This document shows, one piece after another, positions 39,466 through 50,525 of a DNA stretch of 64,000 nucleotides. The translations under genes were made by a program, and so were the position numbers. Positions within the stretch are counted from its first letter, which is position 1. Each line of letters starts with the position of its first letter. Source of the stretch: Rhizodiscina lignyota (taxonomy: Eukaryota); assembly GCA_010015805.1 (NCBI GenBank), contig ML978125.1, forward strand, positions 248,001 to 312,000, written 5' to 3'. The notes under the pieces are model-generated. The model searched no databases and was not told the DNA's origin. It saw only the letters and a program-made list of their open reading frames with translations.

Positions 39466-42429
39466 ATGGATCCATTGTCTCTCATTGGAGGCGTCAGTGC
39501 CGCTGGCGCAATTGTAGCGGCGATCGTTAAGACTTTGAAAACACTATCTGACGCTCGGGGCAAATTTGATAATGCGGACACCACCATCTACCTTCTAATT
39601 AGTGAGCTGACGGCCATCAAGGCGGCCATTGAGCAGATCAAGGACTGGGCGACCTACGTGGCACAGAGTCCCAGTCGACAGGAGCTGGTGGAGGCATTCA
39701 AAATCTCATTTGATGGATGTAAAATTGCTATGGATACGTTGGCTGATGATATCGCTGGACTGGTCTCGAACAATCCATTTTTTGCGCGAGCAAAATATAC
39801 ATGGAACGAAGTTGAGATGAAGGATCACGCTGACAGGCTTCGGGACCAAGTTAGAGCGCTTCAGCTGTTGATTCAGGCAGTTCATTGGTATACACGGAAC
39901 GTGCACTCTTTCGCTGCTCATAAACGCTGATATTGCAACAGTCGCAACGAAATACAACAAGCAGCCCTACTTGAAGAACCCAGCAACGTTCGTATCATTC
40001 GAAAGGTGGCAGATGACACCGAGACTCTTTGCGCCAGTCGGAGAAGTTACGCTCATCTTTCCAGCGGTACACCCAGTGCGGCCACAATTACTGATGCAAC
40101 CGAATCTAATCTTGGAACCGCGTTGGATGAAGCAGACCGTAAAACGGTCAGTACAAACCCATGGCGGCGGTCCCCGGGGCTGAAAACTCCTGAAAATCGC
40201 CCTCAGGGGCGGGCCGCGTCCATAAACTCGGAAACTTCGGAAATTCTGAGCCCACCCGTGAGTCTGGGGTTCGAGAAACGCAGGCTCACGGTCCGCACAA
40301 ATGTAACCAAAGACAGCGGGTTCTACGATGCAGATGCGGACCAGGTTAATCCCGAAGCTTACCGGGAAGCGGTGGCGGCCGACAAAGCACGAAATGTGCA
40401 TAGGACTGTCTCCGCTCCGCAGGCGAAGCCCGTACAGGCAGCTGCGTTCTTTGACGAGGCGCGAGATCAGTTGACTCCAATGGAACGTTTCAACACAGAA
40501 TGGCAAACAAGACCGCTCGATCTAGATCCATTCGACACCCAGTCTGCTGTGCGTCCTATCCGCCACCACGCATCCCACTCAGAATCTTCCCTGTCTCCTG
40601 TTTTGCACGTGAAAAGGTCGGAAGAGTTCAGAAAATCTCCGTGGGGGACGATAAAACGCGGCTTTAGCCGAGCAATCTCTTCGCCTTCCGGGCAGATCGG
40701 GTCCGCGAGACCGAGTGATGCCACACTAGCAATAATTGGGACCAAAAGCGTCAAGCGAAGAAGTGAAACAAACATTCACCACAGCATCGACTTCGGCAGC
40801 GAAGATGGATTGTTGGCGCCGCCTCTCGTTCGAGCGGCACAGTCCGGCTCCAGAGTTGAAGTCGAACGATTACTTGAACAGAGAGCCGACATTGAAGCCC
40901 GCCACCTCAGTTCTGGAAGGACGGCACTGGCTGTGGCATCACATTGCGGCAATGACGGCGTCGTCATTTCATTACTGTACCATCACGCGAGAAATGATGT
41001 CAAAGATGCACTTGGCATGACCCCACTCCATCTCGCAGCGTCACGCGGCCACTATAGAGTACTGAATCTTCTACTAGAGAACGATGCCGACGTCGACGCG
41101 CGAGGGCCGGATGACAAGACACCGCTTCGACTCGCCTCTGACAATGGACACTCCGAGTGCTGCGAGCTGCTTTTAGAACACAGGGCGAGAGTGAATGCAA
41201 GAGACTGCCACATGGTCACACCACTTCATGCAGCGGCGAGGATTGGAGATGCACACCTTATCGATCTGCTCATCAACAACAAAGCTGATTTTGAAGCGAA
41301 GGATGCGTCCTTGATGACGCCCCTTCACTACGCCGCGCATGGCGACTTCGATTCCGTAGTTGAGGTCTTGCTTGCTCACAAAGCAGATGTCAACTCTATT
41401 GGCTTCCAAGGCAAGACGCCTCTTTGTTGCGCCTGCGAATCTGGTGCGACTCACACGGCGGCACTCCTCATCTCTCGTAAGGCCAACATTCGTCATCAAG
41501 GCGAAGATAACATGACGCCCCTCCACTGGGCATGTCAGAGCAACAGGCCGGAAGCAGCGGACCTACTATTACAACAAAAGCGGGCCCAAATTGATGCGAG
41601 AAACAGTAAAGGCCGAACGCCGCTGCACCTTGCAGTATGGGCGAAGAGCTTCGACGCCGCAGACCTCTTGATTCGCAAAGGCGCATCGATCGAGCTACAA
41701 TGCTATCAAACCCTTAGACCTCTACACTATGCTTGCAAGAACAGCGATGCGGCAATAACACGGCTTCTTCTGCACTCTGGTGCAGACGTCGAAGCAGCGA
41801 CTGCGACTGGCTTGCGGCCTCTTCACCAAGCGGTTGCTAAAGGGACGGAGGCTGTCATAGCCATGCTACTTCAGAAAGGCGCTCAGACCGAATCCCGTAT
41901 GTCCAACGGCGAGCGCGCGCTTTGCATAGCATGTTCGTGTGGGCACATAGGTGCTGTTAGGATGATACTAGACGCTGGAAGTCCTATGCAAATGAAGGCA
42001 TCGAAAGGACCTTCCCTCGAAGACTCGCCTCTTTGTCGGGCTGCACGGTACGGCCATGCCGACATTGTTCAAGAGCTAATTAGAAGAGGCACATCAGTCC
42101 GACAACGCGACGAGAACAACTGGCAGCCACTTAGATACGCAGCGTATTTCGGACATCCTGCCGTAGTCGAGACACTTCTGGCCGAAAAGGCACCTGTCTT
42201 CACATTTGATGTGGGCCATAACATGGATGCCATGACCACAGCTTCAAGCATCGGCTTTGCTGCAGAGGTCGACGCTACGAGGAGAGTGCAGGTGCTCAAT
42301 ATGCTGAACACCGCACAGGAGAGAGAGCGGAATGTGCCGCGGAGACTCTCAGATACAGATCCCTACTTGACGATGCCACCTGCAGATGCGATAGCATCGG
42401 AAGCTGTTCGCATATATGAGGTTGCGTAA
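39466..42429 (+). CDS. HeLo-like (fungal STAND N-terminal) helical domain + low-complexity linker + about 14 ankyrin repeats
   Basis: MDPLSLIGGVSAAGAIVAAIVKTL...LISELTAIKAAI N-terminus; intron 39888-39941; 14 TPLH-type ankyrin units between about 40810 and 42190; no P-loop seen. Confidence 0.85.
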
Positions 42430-42571
42430 CTTGTTAGTTTTACATTATATATATACCCATATTCTGGAGTTATCTTACGGCTTAGCACGGCTACATGTCT
42501 GTATCAGCAGAGCACCAATATTAAATATTTCGTTCATTAATTATCTACAGAGTGCTACATCAAAGCTCGTC

Positions 42572-43447
42572 CTATGCAGTCGATGTCGGACTACTTGCAG
42601 CGCTGGACGTTGAACTTGTCGAACTACCACTCTTAGCCACTGTTGCTTGCACCACTTGGCCCGCGGCGTTGAAGATGATGTTCACCAGCGCATTGAGTGG
42701 TGAGTAAGAGTACGTCTTTTGTGTCAGCCCGTTCTGTAGCGTCTGCACCTCTCCCGTGAAAGTCATATTCTGCAGGTAACTTCCAACAATCGTGCTGACA
42801 GTGTTGCCGGCGGTGCCCGCGACCTGCGACACGATATTGCCCAAATTATCGATGATGAACGACACTGCATTTCCGCCTTGTGTGATGGTTCCCAGCAGAC
42901 CGTCCACCTCACCGACTACCGTATCCACCAGGTTCGTGACGTCGTTGATCGCGGAGATGAGGAGGGGGTTGAGGTCGAGCGACTTGAACACGCGGTTCAC
43001 AATGTCGACGAGATGTCCGAGACGCACAATGAGTTCGAGCTCAGCCTCCACGTCGGAGATCGTGATGTTGACTTTCTCGATTGAAACTTGTACGCCTGCG
43101 TTGATGGTGACGATGCCGGCCACTTGGGCATTGAGATTGATGTTGGCTTCTAGGTCATCGACATCGAGCTCAATCCTGCCAACGGAGAGGGTGGGCACGT
43201 TGAGATAGACATCGGGAGCTGTGGAGGTCGCCGCGTTAGAGCCGCTACTTGTGCGAGTGCGCGAGGTAGAGGAGCTGTTTGAGGCGCCGGTGATGGTCGC
43301 GCCGAAAGTTACATCGGTTGCACTAGAGGATGCAGGTACGGACGAGGTGACTGATGGTGTATCGGACGTTGCGGATTGAGCGCTGGAGCGCTGGATTGCG
43401 AGTGCGAGGATGCATATCCAGAAAATGACGAGGAGACGAGACGACAT
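42572..43447 (-). CDS. Secreted uncharacterised protein A (291 aa, intronless); paralog of 44481..45416
   Basis: Signal peptide MSSRLLVIFWICILALAIQRSSA, Ser/Thr-rich stalk, core PDVYLNVPTLSVGRIELDV...SLDLNPLL and NMTFTG motif. Confidence 0.85.
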   Translation of the reverse strand: MSSRLLVIFWICILALAIQRSSAQSATSDTPSVTSSVPASSSATDVTFGATITGASNSSSTSRTRTSSGSNAATSTAPDVYLNVPTLSVGRIELDVDDLEANINLNAQVAGIVTINAGVQVSIEKVNITISDVEAELELIVRLGHLVDIVNRVFKSLDLNPLLISAINDVTNLVDTVVGEVDGLLGTITQGGNAVSFIIDNLGNIVSQVAGTAGNTVSTIVGSYLQNMTFTGEVQTLQNGLTQKTYSYSPLNALVNIIFNAAGQVVQATVAKSGSSTSSTSSAASSPTSTA

Positions 43448-44480
43448 GATGGACAGTCTGCAGAGCTTGACAGCTCACACAAGAAACGAGAGACGTGAAG
43501 GACGGAAAGAAAATATTGTCTGCTGCCTCAGTCTGTCAGAAGTTCATCGCGTACCAGGAGGCCCACTCTCTCATGAAGGTGGAGAGGTGGGAGTAAATAC
43601 GACCAGCCGGGGCCTACGCGAAAGCGGACGAGGATCGTGCCACGATTTCTTCGAGAAGTTAGAACTGCATTTCGCGCAAGGGCCTCAGTCAGAAAGCAGG
43701 AGAATGTCATCATGGGTCTTTCCTCTAGGGCTATCTCTTCATGGTATGGCGCGGGCGTTTTGCATGTCACCCCGGACAGGGTGAAACAAAAGCGAATGTG
43801 GCTCACGGCCGCACTCTGCCTGATTTGGCCATTCAGAAAGTGTCAAGTCGACAGGTTCGTAATGCGTCCTATGCATGCGAGAGTGGCATTCTAGAAAAAC
43901 CGGTTTTCCATGCGCCGAATACGGCCAATTGGTCAGATGAGGTTGAAATTAAGATTGCGCGATGATATGGAAGAAAAGGGGTCGGCCAGAGCTCGTGGCT
44001 GCCGCGTGGGGCTGTGGACCTTCGCTCTTTTCCCCCGCACCCTCATCCAACAGCAAAGTGAAGGAGGCATTCGAGCTCATCTCGTGGTGGCAGGTCAAGA
44101 CCTCTTTCTGAAGTGATTTCAGAAGACGAAAAGAGCAACGCCGCCATTTGCTTGGGACGGCAAACTTTGCAGCAACTGCAGGGCGAGGAGCCGCAGATGG
44201 TTCGCGAGCTCGCGCCGTTGCCCTCGTCTGGACATGGTCGATCCATGCGCTCAGGGGTGTGGAAATTGCGATGCATTTGGCATTGCGATGACAACAGTGC
44301 ATGCACGATGCATGGAATTTGGACAGGGAAACTGGCAAGGTCATTATCAAAATGTCGTCCACCTATGTCCGCTCGCCCCGCGATGTGATGTTGTGAGCTT
44401 AACCTCCTGCTCTTCGACGCCGGAGGCAAGAGTCTCGTCTCCGTCCGCTCGCTTTCATTTCTGTTGAAGTCGCTTTCAAA

Positions 44481-45416
44481 ATGTTCCAATCCCTACTTCT
44501 GTCTATCGAGGTGATTGCGATCGCGCTCGCAAATATTGTATTCGCGCAATCTTCATCAACCTCCGCTCAGAGCACTGGCTACTTTGGATACAACCTCACA
44601 GAAACTGGCGACCCGACCGCCGCAACATACGACACATTAGATACTCCGGCAAACGTATCGCTCACAGTACCGGAGCCCGACGTTTATCTACATGCTAATG
44701 TCCATGTGGGCGAGATCGATATTCTAGTCGCAAACCTCTCGGCAAAGATCAACCTCGACGCACAAGTCCTGCAACTACTGCAATTCAATGCCGGAGTCGA
44801 CGCGTCGATCAAGCGCGTCTTCCTCACCATCCAGAATGTCACTGCAGAGGTCTATCTGGAGGCAAGATTGGGCAATGTCGTTAAGATGATCGGAGACGTA
44901 CTGGACTCACTGGACCTCAATCCTGTACTGGCAACCCTCGGACAGAGTTTAGACAACATCACAGACACCGTCGGCGGGGCTCTTGGTGGAAGCGGCAGCG
45001 GCGGCAGCAGCGGCAGTGGCAGCAATGGTACTTTGGCGCGCAGGAATCCAGGCCTGCCACAGCAGTCCTTCGAACTCCTCCAAAACATCCTGTACTCAGT
45101 CAACGACTACACCGGCAACAAGCACACGAACCGGATCCTTGCGCAGAACGGCGATATTGTGGACGAGTTTCTGGACAATGATGGCCGTATTCGCGGCACG
45201 AAGGTCGTCGGAAATTTCGAGAACGACATGACGTTCACTGGCCACAACAGCAGTGCAGTGAAAAACGGACAGACGGTAAACGAGCTTGAGTACACTTATA
45301 CCCCATTACCTGGTGTGCTTGCATGGGCCGCTGTCTTTATGAATGCGGCAGGAAGCGTCGTCGCGACGCAAGTCCTTGCAGAAGGGTTTGGAGGTGGAAG
45401 TAGTACTATCGACTAG
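44481..45416 (+). CDS. Secreted uncharacterised protein B (311 aa, intronless); paralog of 42572..43447
   Basis: Signal peptide MFQSLLLSIEVIAIALANIVFA, core PDVYLHANVHVGEIDILV...SLDLNPVL, Gly/Ser linker and DMTFTG motif. Confidence 0.85.
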   Translation: MFQSLLLSIEVIAIALANIVFAQSSSTSAQSTGYFGYNLTETGDPTAATYDTLDTPANVSLTVPEPDVYLHANVHVGEIDILVANLSAKINLDAQVLQLLQFNAGVDASIKRVFLTIQNVTAEVYLEARLGNVVKMIGDVLDSLDLNPVLATLGQSLDNITDTVGGALGGSGSGGSSGSGSNGTLARRNPGLPQQSFELLQNILYSVNDYTGNKHTNRILAQNGDIVDEFLDNDGRIRGTKVVGNFENDMTFTGHNSSAVKNGQTVNELEYTYTPLPGVLAWAAVFMNAAGSVVATQVLAEGFGGGSSTID

Positions 45417-45540
45417 AGCAGGAGAGCAATTTAATCAAAGTTCACGCACTACGAAAGGCATTTTCTTCTGCTTGGAGTGAAAGTCGTTCAACCGTTTGAC
45501 AGGTCCATCTCTCTTCTATGACAGCGGGTACACGATGTTG

Positions 45541-45870
45541 GAGGCATATATTCAGCAAGGGCTCCAATTTCTATGCACTAAGTTGCCCCGGTTGCCGAGC
45601 ATCTATTCAATTATGCGGGGAAGCTACTTGAGCAATTTACGCCCACTTGCAAAAATTCACATATGCCGGTACGTACCTTTCAGGATCCACTGCTACACCA
45701 CTCATTGAGGCGCTCATTTCCTTGACTCTCGGTTTGTATACATCAAGCTGCCTTAGTCGCTGAGCATCTATTCGATTATACGCCATGCCCACTTCTGCAA
45801 TTTGCGGGAACTTACAGAAATTCATGTATCTGGGTACACCGCACTCAGTATCCGCCGTTACACAGCGCAT
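45541..45870. repeat. Degenerate tandem duplication, period 165 bp, 2 copies
   Basis: GAGCATCTATTCAATTAT at 45597 matches GAGCATCTATTCGATTAT at 45762. The minus-strand translations align: VPRYMNFCKFPQIAEV..NRIDAQR vs VPAYVNFCKWA*IAQV..N*IDARQ. Confidence 0.75.
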
Positions 45871-46078
45871 TAAGTTGTTCATTTACTCCACGTTCAGTTT
45901 CTACACATTGGGTGTCTCCATTCGATCTCCCTCAAGAGAACCGCTTTCTTGTTGCTGACGGATAACAGCTTCCAGAACTCCGCTGTAATCTGCATCCTCT
46001 CCAATGCGCTCCAACTCGGCTTCTTTCCAGTACATTATATATACAGACAGTTGGGTCTCTTCCATGCTTAACTGTGAC

Positions 46079-46106
46079 ACGGGAGTTCAGGATACGGGAG
46101 TTCAGG
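46079..46106. repeat. Short direct repeat ACGGGAGTTCAGG x2, period 15 bp
   Basis: Copies at 46079-46091 and 46094-46106. Confidence 0.6.
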
Positions 46107-47219
46107 TACATTCCGCAAGTCATTCAATCACTTTACACCTAACGCTTGCACTTAGCCGAGCGTCAATTCGTTATGCTGAGGATCTGAACCTTGAATTTGT
46201 ACCGACTTGTCAAAATCCATTCGCTTGGGTGTTTGGCCGCCTAGGAAGATGACTTCCTTATACGGAAAGGCGAAGTTTCTAAGTCTCTCGATTCAAATTC
46301 GCTTCACCGCCGCTAACGGAGGAGGATATGTTTAATTATGCCGAGGGATTTTGAGCTGGATCATGCTAAGCCATAAACATGTGAAGACTCGATCAGAATG
46401 TGAATTCAACCCTTAGGATACTATTTAGAATGCTTCTCTTTCATACGTCATTCAAGCTCGGTGAGTTGGCTATCGCTAGCGGTGGAGGACCCCATTGAAC
46501 TATATTTAAACTTCCTTTATGCATTTCTCGCTAACGTCCGAAAGTTTTTTGAACTGAATCGATGTGCATGAAAAAGGCTGAGTATGAACAGCTGAACGTA
46601 CGTACGAGAGTGCTCTGATGGATCCCGGTAGAAGAGTTAGTTACTCCGTAGAAGCGGAAATGTGGATAAGAAGCTAACCAGGACTGGCAAAGATTGTAGA
46701 TGAATCACGTGAAACAGCCTCGAATTTCTTACGGCCGAGTCTCGTTTGGTGAGCCAGCGTACGGGCATCGGCGAGACTCATCGAAGACTTACGACGATCT
46801 CCAACGTCCATTATCGTCATTCATCAAATTTCCATGTTTTAGCCACACAACAGATGCGCACATCAGTTCACAATGGCCGTACAGCGCACTGCTTGCGACG
46901 ACAGGCAAGAAGTACGTGGCTAGCCTTTGAATCCAGATCTTTCATTCCGTGACGATCGTATTCTCCCCGCGCTTGATTCGTACGACACCAATCGTGGAGC
47001 ATGAAAAGGCAAGGCAGACTCGCACGTATTGAGGCTGTCCCTGTCACCATGATTATATCTTAATGTCTATTTAAACTCTCTGATATTCTGCTCAGTTCGA
47101 ATAATCAAGTCCATCTCATTGTAACACATCCAATCATAACAATCCAGGCAAAGCAGTCAGAAGTTTAGACATATATTTCTCTCTCAACGATCCATTTCTA
47201 TAACCGAACTTCAACCAAA

Positions 47220-47513
47220 ATGTGCTGCCACCACCACTGCCGTCGCCGTACACCTCTTGTCGTCCGCCTCTATCGTTGGAATCAGCAGCGACAAGCAGAC
47301 AAGCGAGTCGCACCGATCAATGAAGTAAACACCACATCAGAGAGGGCGAATGGCGTCCAACAGCAGTTTCCAGCTTCGCCGCAGTATGCGCAGCCTCCAC
47401 AATATACTCAACCGCCAGAGTACACGCAGCCTCCGGCCTATCGCGATGTGCCCCATGGTGGCTTGACACCGACTGCAACAGCACAGGAGAAGGCTCCTCT
47501 CCAGAAGAATTGA
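47220..47513 (+). CDS. Small protein (97 aa) with a Cys/His/Arg N-terminus and tandem PPxY repeats
   Basis: Start context TTCAACCAAA-ATG is identical to that of the GFA gene at 62478. TATTTAAA lies about 150 bp upstream. The 18-bp repeats vary largely at synonymous sites. Confidence 0.7.
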   Translation: MCCHHHCRRRTPLVVRLYRWNQQRQADKRVAPINEVNTTSERANGVQQQFPASPQYAQPPQYTQPPEYTQPPAYRDVPHGGLTPTATAQEKAPLQKN

Positions 47514-48426
47514 GAATCGCGATGACGTATGATAAGGTATGCTATATATATTTCCTCTTATGCACTGTGTCATCCGCCAACTAAATTCCCAGGGACGGCG
47601 AGCTCTCTTGTGCTGAAATCGCCGTTTGGCATGGGAATAATGTACGATGCATGAGAGCGGAGTCTCGATGCTTGCGACGAATTGATATTTCTGTTCAGAG
47701 TACTTGTAGCCACAAATGAAATGAAATCACTTTTATCAATGTCCTGTCAGCTCTCGGATGTTTTGTGCCTGTTGAGAAGACATAGTGCACATGAAATAGA
47801 TGGCTGTGACCGAAACCGAAGTAGAAGGGCTGTCGTGGAGTATGTGTAGAGTATCAGGTTAGCCTGAAGAATTCTCCAACGGCTCAAACAGTAAGCTCGG
47901 CATGTGTTGACGGTTTCTGTCAGAAAAGGTGGGAGACACTCCAAGAGAACCTATTACTATGTGGTCGAAGCATGCTGTGCGTAGGTGAGAGGACTGCTTC
48001 AAAAGTAACTTCCAAAAGCCAAATGCATGCTCTATCGTTGCGTCGAAGGCGCTTGAAGACTGGTCGCCTGTGATAATATCGTTGCTTGAATGTTAGGGTG
48101 AGGAGGTTAGAGGAATACTCGTCAACAATCAAACTGATGCACGAATATCAGTGCGAAGCCGCCAGAAGAAATACAGGATCATACCGCAAGGTTTGTAGCG
48201 GCAATTATCTTCCGCATCCTCGCATTTATTAATCTTTCCGTGTTGAACAAGACGATTCAAGCTCCACAGGTCGTTGCCATTGCTACACCAACAAATTCTC
48301 GCGCTTGCGAATACTCGTATAGCCTATTGCTACGTCAAGGACAAGGTCTGTTGTGACTTCATTGATCGTGATGCATGTTCGCGTTTCACCAATCAGCGAG
48401 CGCTTGCATGTATGCGATGGTTAATT

Positions 48427-48449
48427 TCATCATCATCATCATCATCATC
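48427..48449. repeat. (TCA)7 microsatellite upstream of the SDR gene
   Basis: tcatcatcatcatcatcatcatc read directly. Confidence 0.8.
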
Positions 48450-48510
48450 TCTTTCTTATCTGAAAACTCTCTAAGCTTTTGCTCTCGCAACAACGCTCTT
48501 AAAGTTCAGA

Positions 48511-49332
48511 ATGGCATTTCCTTACAAGAAAATACTCGTCATTGGAGCTACTTCGGGAATTGGCGAAGCATTGAGCGCCCGGTTCGTTGAGAATGGCATC
48601 TTCGTGATTGTCACTGGGCGCCGCAAAGAGCGACTTGATTCGTTCGTCGAGAAACATGGCAAGGACAAGGCGGCAGCAGAAGTTTTCGACATCGCGCAGC
48701 TCGACAAGATTCCACACTTCGCACGCGAGGTAACTGCTGCGCACCCGGACATTGATGCAGTGCTTGTCAATGCCGGCATGCAACGCGGCTTCGATTTCTC
48801 CAAACCTGAGACTGTCGACCTCGCCGATGTGGACATGGAGGTCAAGACCAACTACAGTGCTTACCTTCACATCACGCATGCATTCCTCCCATTCCTCCAG
48901 AATGCATCAAAGAGTCGAGACGTGGCGCTCATGTACATGTCGTCTGGTCTGGCACTCCTTCCCATGATTCATATTCCTGGATACTGTGCGACCAAAGCCG
49001 CACTACACCATTTCATCCTCGTGCTCCGCGAACAACTCAAAGGACCATTCCCAAGGCTCAAAATTATCGAAATATTCCCTCCGGCTGTGCAAACTGAACT
49101 TCACGACTGGTTTCCGGACCTCGAAGTTGGAAGGGGCTGGGGCATGCCTCTGGATCAGTTTACGGACATTGCTTGGAGCAAGTTGAGCTACGGTGAGGAA
49201 CAACCAAACATTGGCTTAGCTGAGATGGCATTCAATCGATTCGAGAGTGCGAGACAGGCGGCCTTTCAGCAGCTTGCTGAGAAGTCGAGATCGGAGCCAG
49301 GTAAAGATTCGAGTCAGCCGGGTTCATCATAA
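48511..49332 (+). CDS. Short-chain dehydrogenase/reductase (DltE-like), intronless
   Basis: ILVIGATSGIG, VNAG, SSGL, YCATK (YxxxK) and PPAVQTELH motifs. Confidence 0.9.
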   Translation: MAFPYKKILVIGATSGIGEALSARFVENGIFVIVTGRRKERLDSFVEKHGKDKAAAEVFDIAQLDKIPHFAREVTAAHPDIDAVLVNAGMQRGFDFSKPETVDLADVDMEVKTNYSAYLHITHAFLPFLQNASKSRDVALMYMSSGLALLPMIHIPGYCATKAALHHFILVLREQLKGPFPRLKIIEIFPPAVQTELHDWFPDLEVGRGWGMPLDQFTDIAWSKLSYGEEQPNIGLAEMAFNRFESARQAAFQQLAEKSRSEPGKDSSQPGSS

Positions 49333-49729
49333 GGTATCCTCGATGAGAGATGCAGGACAAAGATCTTAAATAAGTCATTGGTGCAGGGATTCCTAGAAGG
49401 TCCGGGACGGCGTTGTTGAGTCGAAGGACATTAGATCAGACATGAACTGATATATAGACAAAACTCGAGAAGTCTGCGTGGGAAATATCCAAAAGGTTCG
49501 CTCGGCGCAAACATGCGGCGACACGGGCACAGCCACATGTGAACCTCCTCCTGATTGCATAAATCCGAGACACGCGGCGCATCGCTCCGACTTTAACCTC
49601 CACCTCGCTCTTCCACTCCCACGCCCATATTGCTCTTATAGTCCATCCCCTTTACATTTCGAGTCTGATCGTATCTCGATACTGCTTACAGCGTAAAAGA
49701 GAGTCGAATTCGAACACGAAACGAGCACA

Positions 49730-50525
49730 ATGGGGTATGAGGAGTTCAGTACAGCAATGACCAACCGGTCATTGCGCACCATCAAAACAGTATGTCTCAT
49801 GCGAGCTCTTCTCCATAGCGAACATTGTTCTAACGTACGTCCTTCAGGAACTCGTTTTTCTCACCGAATCCTCTATCATCTCCGAGTCCCAACTTGAAAA
49901 CATCCTGAAAGAGCTTCCCACGGAGAGCGACACTATAATCCACCCCACCCAGCCTACTCCTACCCCAGCGGCGGCGATGAGTAACCTCTCCCTCCAAAAC
50001 ACAAAGAACAGCTACAACGAGAAGCAAGAATACGAAGCGCCTCAGGGTCCACCCCCCTCATATCCGGCCTACCCAACGCCACCACCAACAGCCGCAGCTC
50101 TCTGCCACGCCACTGCCCTGTACGCCTACAACCCTACCGACGCAGGCGATCTAGCACTCATCCCGAACGACCGGGTTGCCGTAACTGAGTACATGAACGC
50201 GGAGTGGTGGAAGGGCAGCAACGAACGGACCGGCCAGGAAGGTATCTTCCCACGCAGCTACGTTAAGGTGGAGGAGAAGAGTACTGGCGCGTTGGCGACG
50301 CCGCAGCAAGCGTTCGGCGGCCCGGTGCAGAACCAAAACCAGGGCACAAGCTATGGCAACATGCCATTGGAGGTGGCCAACGGCACGCAGCAGGGTGAGC
50401 AGTCGAAGCTTGGTGGAGGCAAGGCGCAAGAGGCGGGTAAGAAGATTGGCAAGAAGTTGGGAAATGCCGCAATTTTCGGAGCAGGTGCCACGATCGGGTC
50501 GAACATTGTCAATGGAATTTTCTGA
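49730..50525 (+). CDS. PIN3: SH3-domain protein, Pin3/Lsb1 family (1 intron)
   Basis: MGYEEFSTAMTNRSLRTIKT|ELVFL N-terminus, PPPSY motif, SH3 ALYAY..DLAL..EWWKG..GIFPRSYV and the family-typical C-terminus KKLGNAAIFGAGATIGSNIVNGIF. Confidence 0.88.
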
